A stretch of 63,887 nucleotides of DNA, filler included, from Octopus bimaculoides (GCF_001194135.2; 6 parts of 6 records of this genome joined end to end with filler, not necessarily neighbours in it), one strand, 5' to 3'. Shown: positions 39,242-51,929, counted from the first letter of the whole stretch. A program made the numbers and translations. The notes: generated from the sequence alone by a model not told the origin.

Positions 39242-39650
39242 ATTACAGTTATGTTGAAGCAGCTGATACAGGAAAGCACAGCATTGAAGACAAAACATTT
39301 GTGGTGTAAAGTTTAAAGCTTTGCATAAATAACAATTTGAGTTTAGCACACCAGTTTGGACAGAGTTATCATTTTTATAGGAATGGGATGGATCATATCT
39401 GAAAGCAGCTCCAGGTGTTGTGTAGAATGAATTTGCACGTGGTCTGTTTCTAGGAGCTATTCTATCATACCTCTGTGTAATATGGTGTGCTAAACATTGT
39501 GTTAACGATCAAGCATTAAGTGTTGCAGCATGCCTTTGCTGATCTTGGGAAAGTCTCATGTCCCTTATCTCTTGGTTTTCTGCAATTTTCCTTGCTTTAT
39601 AAGTGTTTCTGCAGAGATTATGTTTTTTCTTTGGTGGTAAATATTTTTTC
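39242..39650 (-). mobile_element. Helitron RepHel N-terminal remnant (Zn-finger-like region)
   Basis: PPKKKHNLCRNTYKARK...AAFRYDPSHSYKNDNSVQTGVLNSNCYLCKALNF...CC resembles AAFxYDP..Y.....V.IG.M...C..C.A.KF......CC. One in-frame stop. Confidence 0.7.
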
Positions 39651-40751
39651 AATATTTTAAACAAAAAATTATGAACATAGAAAAAATATTCATTAATCTC
39701 TATTTTTGTAGACAGTTGTATGTATGTAGTATGTCTATATTTTTGTATGCTGTGTAAATTAACCAAATATAAGCAAATTGTAAATATCTTACAACCTTGC
39801 ATCTGCTGCGACAATTAATTGAATGGTAGGTGTGTATTTTTATATAACTTGGACCTTCCATGTAATGGTTTTTTGTCAAGAGTTTCACCTCCAGCCGTTC
39901 TTGTCACATATATATATATGTATGTGTTCATGTATGTATGTGTTCATGTATGTGTGTGTTCATGTATGTGTGTGTTCATGTATGTGTGTGTTTAATAACG
40001 TACATAAGGGGCATGCAAGCACACACTTACACTCACAGACACATACACATTCATATACAAAATGATACGCATACATAGATTCTCACATACAGTCACATAC
40101 ATATTGTAAGATAGACACATACAGACATACATTCATGCAGAAACACACAGACAGTCAGAGAGACATATACACTCATACACCAACACACATACACTCAGAG
40201 ACACATACATACTCATACATATGACATCGTCGTGGTATAAAATGCTCTTTACTATCTTTGTACATATCGAACGCACAAACACACGCACAAAAGTGAAGCA
40301 ATATCACATTAGAATTAAAAGTGAAAGAATGGAAGTGAAACAATATTATATCGCACAAGGAAGTCAATTTGTAGACAGAAATTGCAAACCCCATTTCAGC
40401 ATATTAAGCAGAAGAAGAAATTAGCATGAGTGAAAGAACTTGAGCCACTTCAGGATATCTTTTTCTAATGCATGGATGATCAGTGGCATGGTTGCATTCT
40501 CATTGTTAGTCATGAAGGCTTATCAACTGTATCGCAACAGTTTTTGATAGAGGGAGAAATATAAATAATGTATTTCAATAGATGGAGTGCAAAAGGTGTA
40601 AAAAAAGTAAAGTAGTGTTGTAGGGAGAATGTACAAATAGCATGACAAAATTGAAATGCAGTGAAGTCAATTTTCAGAGAGAGAGAAACGGACATAGACT
40701 TAAAGAGAGGAAGTACTGCAGAGGGTGAAAGTGAGAAAAAGAAAGAGAAGA

Positions 40752-40949
40752 GCTGGAGCACCGCCTTTTAGTCAAAGAAATTGACCCCTGGACTTATTCT
40801 TTGTAAGCCTGGTACTTATTCTATCAGTCTCTTTTGCTGAACCCCTAAGCTATTAGGACATAAACACATCAAGGCTGGTTGTCAAGTGATGATGGAGAGA
40901 CAAATACAGACACAAACAGAAATAAATACATATCTATCTATCTATCTAT

Positions 40950-41000
<51 letters not shown>

Positions 41001-41155
41001 AGGCTTCTTTCAGTTTCCGTCTTCCAAATCCATTCACAAGGTTTTGGTTGGCCTGAGGCTATAGTAGAAGACACTTGCCCAAGGTACCATGCAGTGAAAT
41101 TGAACCCGGAACCATGTGGTTAGGAAGCGCTTGCTTCCTAACCACACAGCCATGC
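40752..41155 (-). mobile_element. SINE family B, near full length
   Basis: Colinear with 27372-27852, with internal (TA)n/(TAGA)n. Confidence 0.88.
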
Positions 41156-41199
41156 TTGTACCTATCTATCTATCTATCTATCTTTCTCTCTCTCTCTCT

Positions 41200-41248
<49 letters not shown>

Positions 41249-41743
41249 CTTATATGAACACTTAATATATATGTATGTATATTGAATTTTAACAAATGGC
41301 TATTAGTATCATTTATACCTAGTCAAAATCATAATACACAAACACTCTCACACACACATAAATCTAATACCAGTCGATCGAATAAGTACTCATGCATGAA
41401 AAAATATATCCACAGCATCTTAAAAATCTGTTCTTTAATGTACCTGATAAAATGAGATCCACATCATATTCCAAATTAATTCAATTGCAATAATTAATGA
41501 TTATATATTTATTATTTATTTGCCTACGTTTCCATGTTGGTTACTGAAATAACTGTACAGAAAATGGAATTTTTGCAATATCAATGAGACTGTTTGTTTG
41601 ATATGTGGCTGTGAGTGTGTAAGTGTGTGTATATGTGTGTGTGTACTCGATAATAAGGTACATACATAGTCCACAGAGTGCATCATTAGTTTGGTGCTTC
41701 ATTGTGTCATTGTTTCACATTCAGCCTGATTGATTTGATTTAC

Positions 41744-41802
41744 TGTTATCCCTGCATGTGCATGGATAGAACTTTTCCCACCATGCCTCCATCAGAGTAG
41801 AA
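41744..41802 (-). CDS. Candidate exon E (STLMEAWWEKFYPCTCRDN), unidentified gene
   Basis: Acceptor ttgattgttttgtatttctaaag and donor GTAAAT. 59 nt, phase 2 to phase 1, with one fully open frame. Confidence 0.45.
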
Positions 41803-42129
41803 CTTTAGAAATACAAAACAATCAAGAAATAAAATGATCATGAGACATCTGTTTCGCATTGTATTTAGGAGACAAAACCTTGTATGACACTTTTGCTGTC
41901 CTCTCAGTCACCATAGTAGGTTCCAGTGATTAGCATCTCAAGTTGACTGGTACTAATTTGATTGCAAGTTTTATCTCAGATTATCATTCTTCTGGAAGAG
42001 CTGCCTTCCCCACTGCTTTGTCAAAAATAGCAAGAGCCTTCTCTGCTCATGGGAAATCTGTTTAACCCATAGACGGAACCCTGACATACATAAAAACATA
42101 CATACATACATATGAAGTTACTGTGAATA

Positions 42130-43225
42130 AAGATAGTGATCTGAGAATATTATGCCAGACTTAGTAAAATATGGCAGTCAGAACTCTTCTCTTATAAGAT
42201 GAAAATATCTCACAATGCATTTGCAGTAGAAGGGCTGATTCCAGCATTTGAAATTCATGACTGGTCTGTCGAGGAAACCCACTCCATAGATGTTAAAATC
42301 CACAAGATACTAACATCAGTTGGAAGTCTCCACACAAAAATGATCGTCAGACTCTACCTAAGAAGAGATAAAGGAGGTAAAGGCTTGAGATTAGTGCAGA
42401 CAACCTTTGAATACCACAAGTCTCTCTCGGACAGCACTTGCTAAACAACAACAGCAAAAATAAATACATTAACTTAGTGCTGAAAAATGAAGAGAACAAT
42501 ATTCTATGTGTTAGCAGTGAGCTTCTTAGGAAGCACTCTTTTTCTGATGACCTCACATACAACCAGCTGGATTAACAAACAGCTGGATTAACAACCAGCT
42601 GGATTAACAACCAGCTGGATTAACAAACAGCTGGATTAACATACCTCAAAGAAGACCTGGTTGTGAAATGCTTGGCGTGCCAAAAACAGACTGTGCATGA
42701 ATATGTTTCCCAGACTTGAAGAAGACAGTAATATTGACATGAAATGAAGCTATGCATTTTCAATCCAAGAACAGGAAATGGCTACTAAATACCTAATAAT
42801 CAAAAGAGACAGTGAAGCTCTTGGAGATCCACGATGCAACTGAAAAAGTAGAGTATATCACATTTCTGTGGAAGGCATCACGTGCGATTAGCAGCTGCCC
42901 AAAAATGTCATCAAGGTACTACCTCCCTATGTGACACAACTTCAAACTATATAAAATGCCATTAGGAAAAAGACTGTCCTGGAATGAATGTAAAGAATCC
43001 CTTTGTTATTGAATACATGCACAAACATTAACTCAAGGAATACTGCTGGAGCATTTCCATCAAAACATCTTTCAAATTTAAACATAACAGGCTGGATACT
43101 GTTGTTTGGGACAGACAAAACAAGTATGTACTGTCATAGAGGTCAGCTGTCCTGCTGTTGTGAAACATCTCTTTGAAAATCAAAGAGAAAGGGAATAGTT
43201 GTGGACAACTGCTTTGAAACCTCCA
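42130..43225 (+). mobile_element. Degenerate R4/Dong-like RLE non-LTR retrotransposon (post-RT region, CCHC, RLE)
   Basis: RLYLRRDKGGKGL, a degenerate CCHC region (...CPKMSSRYYLPM) and LDTVVWDRQNK....IEVSCP (the RLE PD..D...E motif). Many stops and frameshifts. Confidence 0.8.
42561..42640. repeat. Five tandem 16-bp units AA(C/A)CAGCTGGATTAAC inside the LINE remnant
   Basis: Units in the order A-B-A-A-B, directly visible. Confidence 0.95.
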
Positions 43226-43500
43226 GGTTTCTAGCCTAGATCTAAGGCTCCTTCATTGGAATTTCAACAACATCAATAGGGTAATCATGAATGCTTGTGT
43301 GTGTGTGTGCAATATTTGGAGTCAGCACATGTGCAGGTTTGTATTTTTTGTTTTATGCATGTATGCTCATGCATATAGTTGCATGTTTAGACACGCACAT
43401 ATGCACTTAAATGCTAAACTCGTAGAAAGTTTTACAAATCTGTACAGCTTCATTGATGGTCTGAGTTTCTTATATAATTCTCATGCGTTTGTTTTGTTTC
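43226..43500 (-). mobile_element. 3' end of the RLE-type LINE family, inverted against the adjacent + strand remnant
   Basis: GGTTTCTAGCCTAGATCTAAGGCTCCTTCATTGGAATTTCAAC... matches the terminus at 36.3 kb. Confidence 0.75.
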
Positions 43501-43585
43501 CTCATAACTTTTAGAAAAATGGGTAGTTTTAAATGAAAATTTCTACAAATGCCTTTCAGAGTATGTAAATTATGAATATATATAT

Positions 43586-43903
43586 AGGAATTTACATTAT
43601 TTACATTTGATGGATATTTGTCCTCATCTTGTTTGTTGTTAACACAACGTTTCGGCTGATATACCCTCCAGCTTTCATCAGGTGTCTTCGGGAAATTTTG
43701 AACCTGGGTTCTCATTCCTAAGGTATTTTTCGATGTTATTATTATTATTATTAATATTATTATTATTATTCAGGTCACTGCCTGGAATCGAACTCAGAAT
43801 CTTGGGGGTTAGTAGCCTGTGCTCTTAACCACAGGCATATGGCGTAGTGGCTAAGATTGCGGGCTACTAACCCCAAGATTCCGATTTCGATTTCAAGCAG
43901 TGA

Positions 43904-43958
<55 letters not shown>

Positions 43959-44122
43959 TATTATAATAACATCGAAAAATACCATAGAAATGAGAACCCA
44001 GGTTTGAAATTTCCCCAAGACACCTGATGAAGGCTGTTAACAACAAACAAGATGAGGACAAATATCCGTCAAATGTAAATAATGTACATAATTCCTCATC
44101 TCTTAAATATAGAACTGTATAA
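43586..44122. mobile_element. Head-to-head inverted pair of a tRNA-head/(AAT)n/hammerhead-tail element (family H)
   Basis: Minus copy at 43586-43832 and plus copy at 43834-44122. Both match 51736-52059. Confidence 0.85.
43641..43686 (-). ncRNA. Minimal type I hammerhead ribozyme motif (Penelope-type)
   Basis: gacac-CUGAUGA-a-agcug...cagcc-GAAA-CG-UU-guguu. Stem I is gacac/guguu, stem II has 4 bp plus one mismatch, and stem III is the palindrome ACGU. Activity untested. Confidence 0.65.
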
Positions 44123-45464
44123 GAATTTGATGTGAAAAGAAAAGTGGTGAGCATGCATACTGACATACTGACATATAGTATAATTTTTTTTTGAAATTTC
44201 AAGTTTCATTTTGTAGATATGTGTTGTGTACCAGTATGTATGTGTGCTGTCCCCACAATTTTCTTTTACATATTATATTCTGGTATAATCAAATCTACAC
44301 ACTCTGAATGGCATTTGTTGAAATTTTCATTAAAAATACTCATTTTTCTGATAGTAATGAGAAAAGAAAAGCATCTCGTGAGTTTTCTGAAACTCCTCTC
44401 ATTACCTTGCAAAAATATTTTCTCAACAAATTCTTATATTATTGGAATCTACACAGTGCACAAAAACTGTAGTCTGGTCATGAACCCTTCACTTTGGCTG
44501 CTTGTTGTATATCATTGCGCATGCATTACTAGAAGTCCATGATAAACATGCAACTTTTAAAAAATTATAACCAAAGATACTTATGATAATGCAATGGTTA
44601 TACATACACAAATGTGCCCCATCGACTTTGTTTCCTTATAACTTCCTGAAAATGGACATTTCTAAATGACGTTTTCTACAAATACTCTTCAGGTAGTGTA
44701 GACTCTGACTATTTCTGCAGTTGTTATGAAAACATTATATATATATATATATATGGGGAAAGATTTTCTTAAATCAAAAACATTAATTATATAAAAGAAT
44801 CTTGGAAAAAAAAAAGAAAACTGAGTGGCTCAAACCTTTTGGAAGCAAGTTTCCATATTGTGCAAGTGCTTTTATAGTTTTTTCAAACACGTGCCATGGG
44901 GATTATTTGTACAGAGGAAGTTGTTTTTAGTAGCAGTGTTGACTATTTCCAGTTTAGTTTTGGGTCTTCAATTTTTATAAATTATTCTTCTTTTGCCTTT
45001 CATGTTGATCAGTTTCTTCCCTTATTTCAAAAAAAGAAAATATTTTGAATTTTCTATTTGCACAGAATGTTCACTACATGGAATATTTTTAAGAGATAAA
45101 TCATTGATTCTTTTTTTTTTATGTATTCTAGCTTGATGTATTAATTTTGAACCTATTTGACTGATATAATTCTCATATTGTAAGGCATGTTATGCAGTGA
45201 ATGTAACTTTTTGTTTTGTTGTTCATTTTGCATTGACCTTCGATTCATTCCGCTTCAGGAATTTTTCTTCTTGTTCCTTATACATGTTACAACAACAAAG
45301 GTCTCTGTAGTTTGTTACCTGCATTATTTCTTCTTTGCTTTTGTTAAGAGTCTTTCAAGATTTATTTGCTGTGTTTGCCTGTTGATAATTTGTGATTCTT
45401 CCATTCTGAGATATATTGATTGGTGTAGGATTAGAAGGTATTTTTATCTATTTATCTTTTTAAT

Positions 45465-45720
45465 TGTTTCAATCATAAGACTGTGGCCATACTGGGGCAC
45501 TGGCTTGAAGAATTTTTAGTTGGATGAATTGACCCCTGTACTTATCGTTTTCTTTTTTTTTGTTTAATCCCGGTACTTATCCTATTGGTCTCTTTTGTCA
45601 AATTGCTACGTTACAAGTATGTAAACACACCAACACCAGTTGTCAAGCAGTGGACAGACACAAAGACACACACACACAGATCTATCTGTCTATCTATCTA
45701 TCTATCTATCTATATGCCTA
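45465..45720 (-). mobile_element. SINE family B, 3' half
   Basis: GACTGTGGCCATACTGGGGCAC...CCAGTTGTCAAGCAG, then microsatellite. Confidence 0.75.
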
Positions 45721-45760
45721 TCTATTTATCTGTCTGCCTATGTATGTATGTATGTATGTA

Positions 45761-45815
<55 letters not shown>

Positions 45816-45859
45816 ATATGTACCAACAATTAAAAAGATAAATAGATAAAAATACTACC

Positions 45860-46120
45860 TCGTCGACGAGTGACAGGGATCTTCTCTTTGTGGCTGGAGA
45901 CTTCAACGGTCATGTCGGACGTCGTGCTGGGGGCTTCCATGGCATACATGGAGGCTATGGCTTCGGTTCCCGCAACGAGGAGGGAACCAGACTGCTGGAG
46001 TTCTGTGATGCAACCAATCTTATGGTCTGCAATACCAACTTCAGGAAACCTGCCAGTCACCTAGTCACCTACCGCTCCGGCAGACACTCTAGCCAAATCG
46101 ACTACATCCTCGCCAGAAAT
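45860..46120 (+). mobile_element. RTE-clade LINE, APE endonuclease fragment
   Basis: LFVAGDFNGHVG...GYGFGSRNEEGTRLLEFC...LMVCNTNFRK...TYRSG...SQIDYIL. The frame is open up to the gap. Confidence 0.9.
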
Positions 46121-46220
46121 NNNNNNNNNNNNNNNNNNNNNNNNNNNNNNNNNNNNNNNNNNNNTTAATTAATTAANNNNNNNNNNNNNNNNNNNNNNNN
46201 NNNNNNNNNNNNNNNNNNNN

Positions 46221-46284
<64 letters not shown>

Positions 46285-46308
46285 GTGTGCGCGCGTGTGT
46301 GTGTGTGT

Positions 46309-46575
46309 GATCTGATCAATGTTGAAGTGCTGGCGCAGACGAATCTTCAAAGCATGACAGCTATCTTGTGTATGAGAAGACTGGGGTGGCTGGGGGAAGT
46401 CAGGAGAATGGATGACCATCGAATCGCGAAGCAACTGCTCTATGGAGAACTGGCCCAGGGCAAGAGACCAAGAGGAAGACCAAAACTGAGGTATAAGGAC
46501 ACTTGCAAAACTAGTTTGTCCAAGTGTGAGGTGGATGTCTGCACCTGGGAAGGGAGGGCGGAGGACAGAACTTAG
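46309..46575 (+). mobile_element. RTE-clade LINE, 3' end of the ORF
   Basis: RRLGWLGEVRRMDDHRIAKQLLYGELAQGKRPRGRPKLRYKDTCK. Confidence 0.88.
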
Positions 46576-46576
46576 A

Positions 46577-47620
46577 GAGATCTTTTTGCAATTTTTCTCC
46601 TGAATTGTGAAGTAAGTAATCCGTTAGCGTTGTGACACAAATATAAGAATGATTTCTCAGAAGACTACAAACATCTTGCACAATTACGATTCCCTGAGAT
46701 AGAAATAGCATTCAACAATGACATACATCATTCTGCGTTGGTTGATATTGAAGATCGTATTGTCTCAATAGTAGAGGAGAAGCTTAGAATGTTTGGCTTA
46801 CCTGAAACTCATCGAAATGAGGTGAATAATTTGATCACAGAAGTTTTGCGAGAAACTTCATATGATATTGATTCATTAACAAGATTCCTTGAAGAAAATG
46901 GACCGAAACTTTTGCCAGACCAACGACTTGTATGTACAACAGTCATTGACTAAGTGACACATAAGAGAGGAGGATTATATTTTTTAGATACACCAGAAGG
47001 AGCTGGAAAAACTTTTTGTTACAAATTTAGCACTAACCAAAGTCCGGCAGGAAAAAGGAAGCAGCCTTAGATGTAGTGAGCTTTGGAATTGCTGTGACTT
47101 TACTCCCAGGAGGTCGAACAGCTCATGTAACATTCAAGCTGCCATCCAATCTAACTTCAAATGATGACCCTGTAATATTAGTAAAAGTTCTTTAGTTCAA
47201 GTTCTCATGAAATGTTCTTCGATCAAATTATGGGACGAAGCTATAATGTCCCATAAGAAATCAGTCGAAGCTGTTAACTGAATGCAGAAAGATTTGTGCA
47301 ATTCTAATTGTCTGACTGGAGGTGTGACAGTAGTACTTTCAGGTGATTTCAGACAAACTTTGCCAGTGATTCCCAAGGAACAAAGGCGGATGAATTGAAA
47401 GCATGCTTGAAATCTTCTATTTTATGGAAACATATCAAAGTGTTTAAGCTTTCAACAAATATGAGGGCACATTTGCATGGGGATCATCTGACGGAACACT
47501 TTTTCCAAACTATTTTGCAACTTGGAGAAGGCAGGCTAGATATTTATCATGAAAGTGACATGAATCCATAACAAGTCTACTCCTTGCTCAGCTCGGTTGA
47601 GGAACTTATTGAAAAATTGC
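46577..47620 (+). pseudogene. Degenerate Helitron PIF1-family helicase
   Basis: FLDTPEGAGKTF (Walker A, 46981-47016), GIAVTLLPGGRTAHVTFKLP, WDEAIM (Walker B), [11 protein letters not shown] and LSTNMR. Stops and frameshifts. Confidence 0.9.
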
Positions 47621-47636
47621 AGAGGAATTTGTAGTG

Positions 47637-47712
47637 GGGTAGTTTAGTTTAATCGGTCAAAGCATCGTGACGCGTAATCACGGGGATGTGAGTTCGAGTC
47701 CACAGCTAGCCA
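47637..47712 (+). tRNA. tRNA-like sequence, Thr(CGT)-like, probably a pseudogene or retroposed copy
   Basis: D arm GTTT/AAGC, anticodon arm CGTGA-CGCGTAA-TCACG and T arm GTGAG-TTCGAGT-CCAC. The acceptor stem is imperfect and G replaces U33. A T6 run lies at 47720-47725. Confidence 0.55.
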
Positions 47713-48720
47713 CCTACACTTTTTTCTGCAAAATAGGGGTAGTTTATCCTGTTCAGGCTATATTATTAGCATTATTCTGCGATTGAGAATTTTAAAAATC
47801 ACTTCTTTAACTTTCTAAGACATCTCAACGCTTCTAAAAGCAAACTTCGTTTGTTTGTTTACGTTTGTCGTAATTTGAATTTATATATATATATATATAT
47901 ACATTACATACATACATACATACATATATATNNNNNNNNNNNNNNNNNNNNNNNNNNNNNNNNNNNNNNNNNNNNNNNNNNNNNNNNNNNNNNNNNNNNN
48001 NNNNNNNNNNNNNNNNNNNNNNNNNNNNNNNNNNNNNNNNNNNNNNNNNNNNNNNNNNNNNNNNNNNNNNNNNNNNNNNNNNNNNNNNNNNNNNNNNNNN
48101 NNNNNNNNNNNNNNNNNNNNNNNNNNNNNNNNNNNNNNNNNNNNNNNNNNNNNNNNNNNNNNNNNNNNNNNNNNNNNNNNNNNNNNNNNNNNNNNNNNNN
48201 NNNNNNNNNNNNNNNNNNNNNNNNNNNNNNNNNNNNNNNNNNNNNNNNNNNNNNNNNNNNNNNNNNNNNNNNNNNNNNNNNNNNNNNNNNNNNNNNNNNN
48301 NNNNNNNNNNNNNNNNNNNNNNNNNNNNNNNNNNNNNNNNNNNNNNNNNNNNNNNNNNNNNNNNNNNNNNNNNNNNNNNNNNNNNNNNNNNNNNNNNNNN
48401 NNNNNNNNNNNNNNNNNNNNNNNNNNNNNNNNNNNNNNNNNNNNNNNNNNNNNNNNNNNNNNNNNNNNNNNNNNNNNNNNNNNNNNNNNNNNNNNNNNNN
48501 NNNNNNNNNNNNNNNNNNNNNNNNNNNNNNNNNNNNNNNNNNNNNNNNNNNNNNNNNNNNNNNNNNNNNNNNNNNNNNNNNNNNNNNNNNNNNNNNNNNN
48601 NNNNNNNNNNNNNNNNNNNNNTATATATGTATGTATGTATGTATGTATTATCTGCATATGTTGCTTTACAGCTAAATAAGTATTTTTCACAAAGCCAGCT
48701 GTTTTCTGAAGAAGACGAAA

Positions 48721-48893
48721 TTTTAGGACATCACCCCTTGTACTTAACTGGTGTTTTATTTAATTGACGTCAGGGAAATTGAAAGGCAAAGCTGGTTGCT
48801 AAGGAATTTGAACTCGCAACATAAACAGCCCGCAAGAAATACCGCAAGGCGTTGTATTTGACGATCAAGCTATTCTACCAAACTATCACCGCC
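48721..48893 (-). mobile_element. SINE family A, diverged
   Basis: Reverse complement of the family A head and body. Confidence 0.65.
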
Positions 48894-50048
48894 CACTTTA
48901 CAATTAAATAATAATGGAAAAAACACGATATACACACACATAGATGCATACATACATACATATATACATACATACATACATGCATACATACATACAAACA
49001 TACATACCTACATACATACATACATACATACATACATACATAAATACATACATACATATGTGTGTGTGTATTTTGGAAACGAAGAAAACTAGAGAAAACA
49101 ATGCACAAAGGAAATCAAAGATAAAAATAAATAAATTAAAAATAGAAAAAGGGAGGTTACTCGGATGTGTTGAGTCGCTGAGTCAGTTGGATGAATCAGA
49201 AAACATGGAAGTCGTAAGAGAGGGTTGTCTGCACAATGGTGTGTGGGTGGGGTGAATACGTGTGTGAATATGTTTGTATGTATATATATGTGTGTGTATG
49301 TGGAGATGTACAGTGCGTGCATGACTCTATATGATTTCAGAAATATATGTATGTGATGTGTGTATGTATGTATGAGTGTGTATAGTGTATGTGTGTAGTG
49401 TGTGTGTGAGTGTAGCGGGGTGAATACACACAGACACCTTCCAAGAAATATACATACACACATACATTGATAGTTATATGTATGTATATACTTATATGTG
49501 TATATATTACACGCATACATTCATATTTACATAATACATACATACATACATACGTGCATACAAATATATATATNNNNNNNNNNNNNNNNNNNNNNNNNNN
49601 NNNNNNNNNNNNNNNNNNNNNNNNNNNNNNNNNNNNNNNNNNNNNNNNNNNNNNNNNNNNNNNNNNNNNNNNNNNNNNNNNNNNNNNNNNNNNNNNNNNN
49701 NNNNNNNNNNNNNNNNNNNNNNNNNNNNNNNNNNNNNNNNNNNNNNNNNNNNNNNNNNNNNNNNNNNNNNNNNNNNNNNNNNTAATATATATACATACAT
49801 ATATACATATACACAAATGTCCATTCATTAATATATAGATACATATACGTATAATTATATACACCGGTATACTTTTTCGATTGTACGTCTATACGTCTGC
49901 ATGTTTGCGTGTATATATATGTGTGTGTGTCTAACGATAAACGTCGCCCTTTCAAAGCCTAGCCAGGCTCATGGGCCCAGTTTCTATGACGTATGTGTTC
50001 CCCCAGCTGGACGGGACTCCAGTTCATCGCAGATATATATATATATAT

Positions 50049-50212
50049 AGGCGTGTGGTAAGAAGCTTGCTTCCCAACCTCATGGTTCCGGGTTTCAGTC
50101 CCACTGCGTGGCACCTTGGAGAAGTGTCTTGTATTATAGCCTCGTGCCGATCATACCCTGTGAGTGGATTTGGTAGACAGAAACTGAAAGAAGCTCGTCG
50201 TGTATATACATA

Positions 50213-50308
<96 letters not shown>

Positions 50309-50470
50309 TTTGCCTTTGTATTTGTCTCCTCACCATGGCCTGATAACCAATATTGGTATGTTTACGTCCCCGATACTTAGAATTTCGGTGTAAAGGTCGA
50401 TTTCTTCGTTTAAAGACGGTGCTCCAGTATGGCTGGAGTCAAATAACTGAAACAAGTAAAGGAGTAAAAG
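50049..50470 (+). mobile_element. SINE family B, full length with long internal (TG)n
   Basis: Head GCGTGTGGTAAGAAGCTTGC...GGTTCCGGGTTTCAG, CORE-like block, (TG)n and 3' module. Confidence 0.88.
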
Positions 50471-50555
50471 TATATAAGTGTTGGGGGTATGTGTGTATGC
50501 GTATGTATATATCTATATAGATAGAGACAAACAGCTAGGTAGCTAGCTAGCTAGA

Positions 50556-50689
<134 letters not shown>

Positions 50690-50702
50690 ACAGACAGATA
50701 GA

Positions 50703-50750
<48 letters not shown>

Positions 50751-51155
50751 TAGATAGATAGATAGATAGATACATACATACATACATACATACATAGATA
50801 GATAGAAACTTAGATTTCTTTTATTAGCCACACAGGGCTGCACACAGAGGGGACAAATACAACTGTAGAGCTTTTCTTTAAGAAAAAAAAAAAAAATCCG
50901 ATCAAAAGGGATCGGTAGGGGCAAAAAAAAAATGGGGATATCGTATATCACAGAAAATGTCAATTGTGTAAAATGGGGTAACATTAGGTTTATCCATTAG
51001 GTTTATCCTACGGAAAAGACCATGGTAACCTCAGCAGGGAATAGACACATGAGAGNNNNNNNNNNNNNNNNNNNNNNNNNNNNNNNNNNNNNNNNNNNNN
51101 NNNNNNNNNNNNNNNNNNNNNNNNNNNNNNNNNNNNNNNNNNNNNNNNNNNNNNN

Positions 51156-51580
51156 ATAAAGTAGCTTGCTTACCAACCACATGATTCCAGGTTCAGTCCC
51201 ACTGCATATATACGACGGGCTTTCTGTTTCCGTCTACCAAATCCACTCACAAGGCTTTGGTCGGCCCAAGGCTATAGTAGAAGACACTTGACCAAGGTGC
51301 CACGCAGTGGGACTGAACCTGGAACCATGTGGTTGGTAAGCTAGCTACTTACCACACAGCCACTCCTGTTTATGAGTCTGTGTTTGTCCCACCACCATCG
51401 TTTGACAACCGATATTGGTGCGTTTACGTCCCCGTAACCTAACGGATCGGCAAAAAGAGACGGATAGAATAAGTACTAGGCTTGCAAAGAATAAGTCCTG
51501 GGGTCGATTTGTTCGACTAAAGGCGGTGCTCCAGTATGGCCGCAGTCAAATGACTTGAAACAAATTAAAGGATAAAAGAA
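51156..51580. mobile_element. Rearranged family B SINE (5' half inverted and partly duplicated)
   Basis: Plus head fragment at 51159-51205, minus 5' half to about 51368 and plus 3' module at about 51375-51580. A 47-bp inverted repeat spans 51159-51205 and 51304-51350. Confidence 0.8.
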
Positions 51581-51735
51581 AGAATATACAGCAAATGGCT
51601 TTGGAGGTGCCACAGAGCAAAGCAGGAATCAAAATAGGTTCCAGGGAGAAAAAATGGTTGAGAATCACTGAATGTGGAGGAATTGTTACTGTATCAACAC
51701 GAGTAATATGAAGAATCTGTCAGTTAATAACAATG

Positions 51736-51929
51736 TTATATCCGTTCTATATTTAAGAGATGAGGAATTATGTTCATTATTTTCATTATTTACATTCAAC
51801 GGATATTTGTCCTCATCTTGTTTGTTGTTAACACAACGTTTCGGCTGATATACCCCCCCCCCCGCAGCCTTCATCAGGTGTCTTGGGGAAATTTCGAACC
51901 TGAGTTTTCATTCCTAAGGTATCTTGCGA

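Noticed and set aside
39380-39603. Plus-strand hydrophobic, TM-like frame (GLFLGAILSYLCVIWC)
   Set aside because: Contains several stops and is the antisense of the Helitron remnant.
42545-42551. CTGATGA as another hammerhead core
   Set aside because: No stem II or GAAA follows.
42561-42640. 16-bp repeat array as a CRISPR array
   Set aside because: No spacers, eukaryotic context, and it lies within a LINE remnant.
44405-44540. Good minus-strand donor AAG|GTAATG
   Set aside because: Every candidate upstream acceptor gives stops in all frames.
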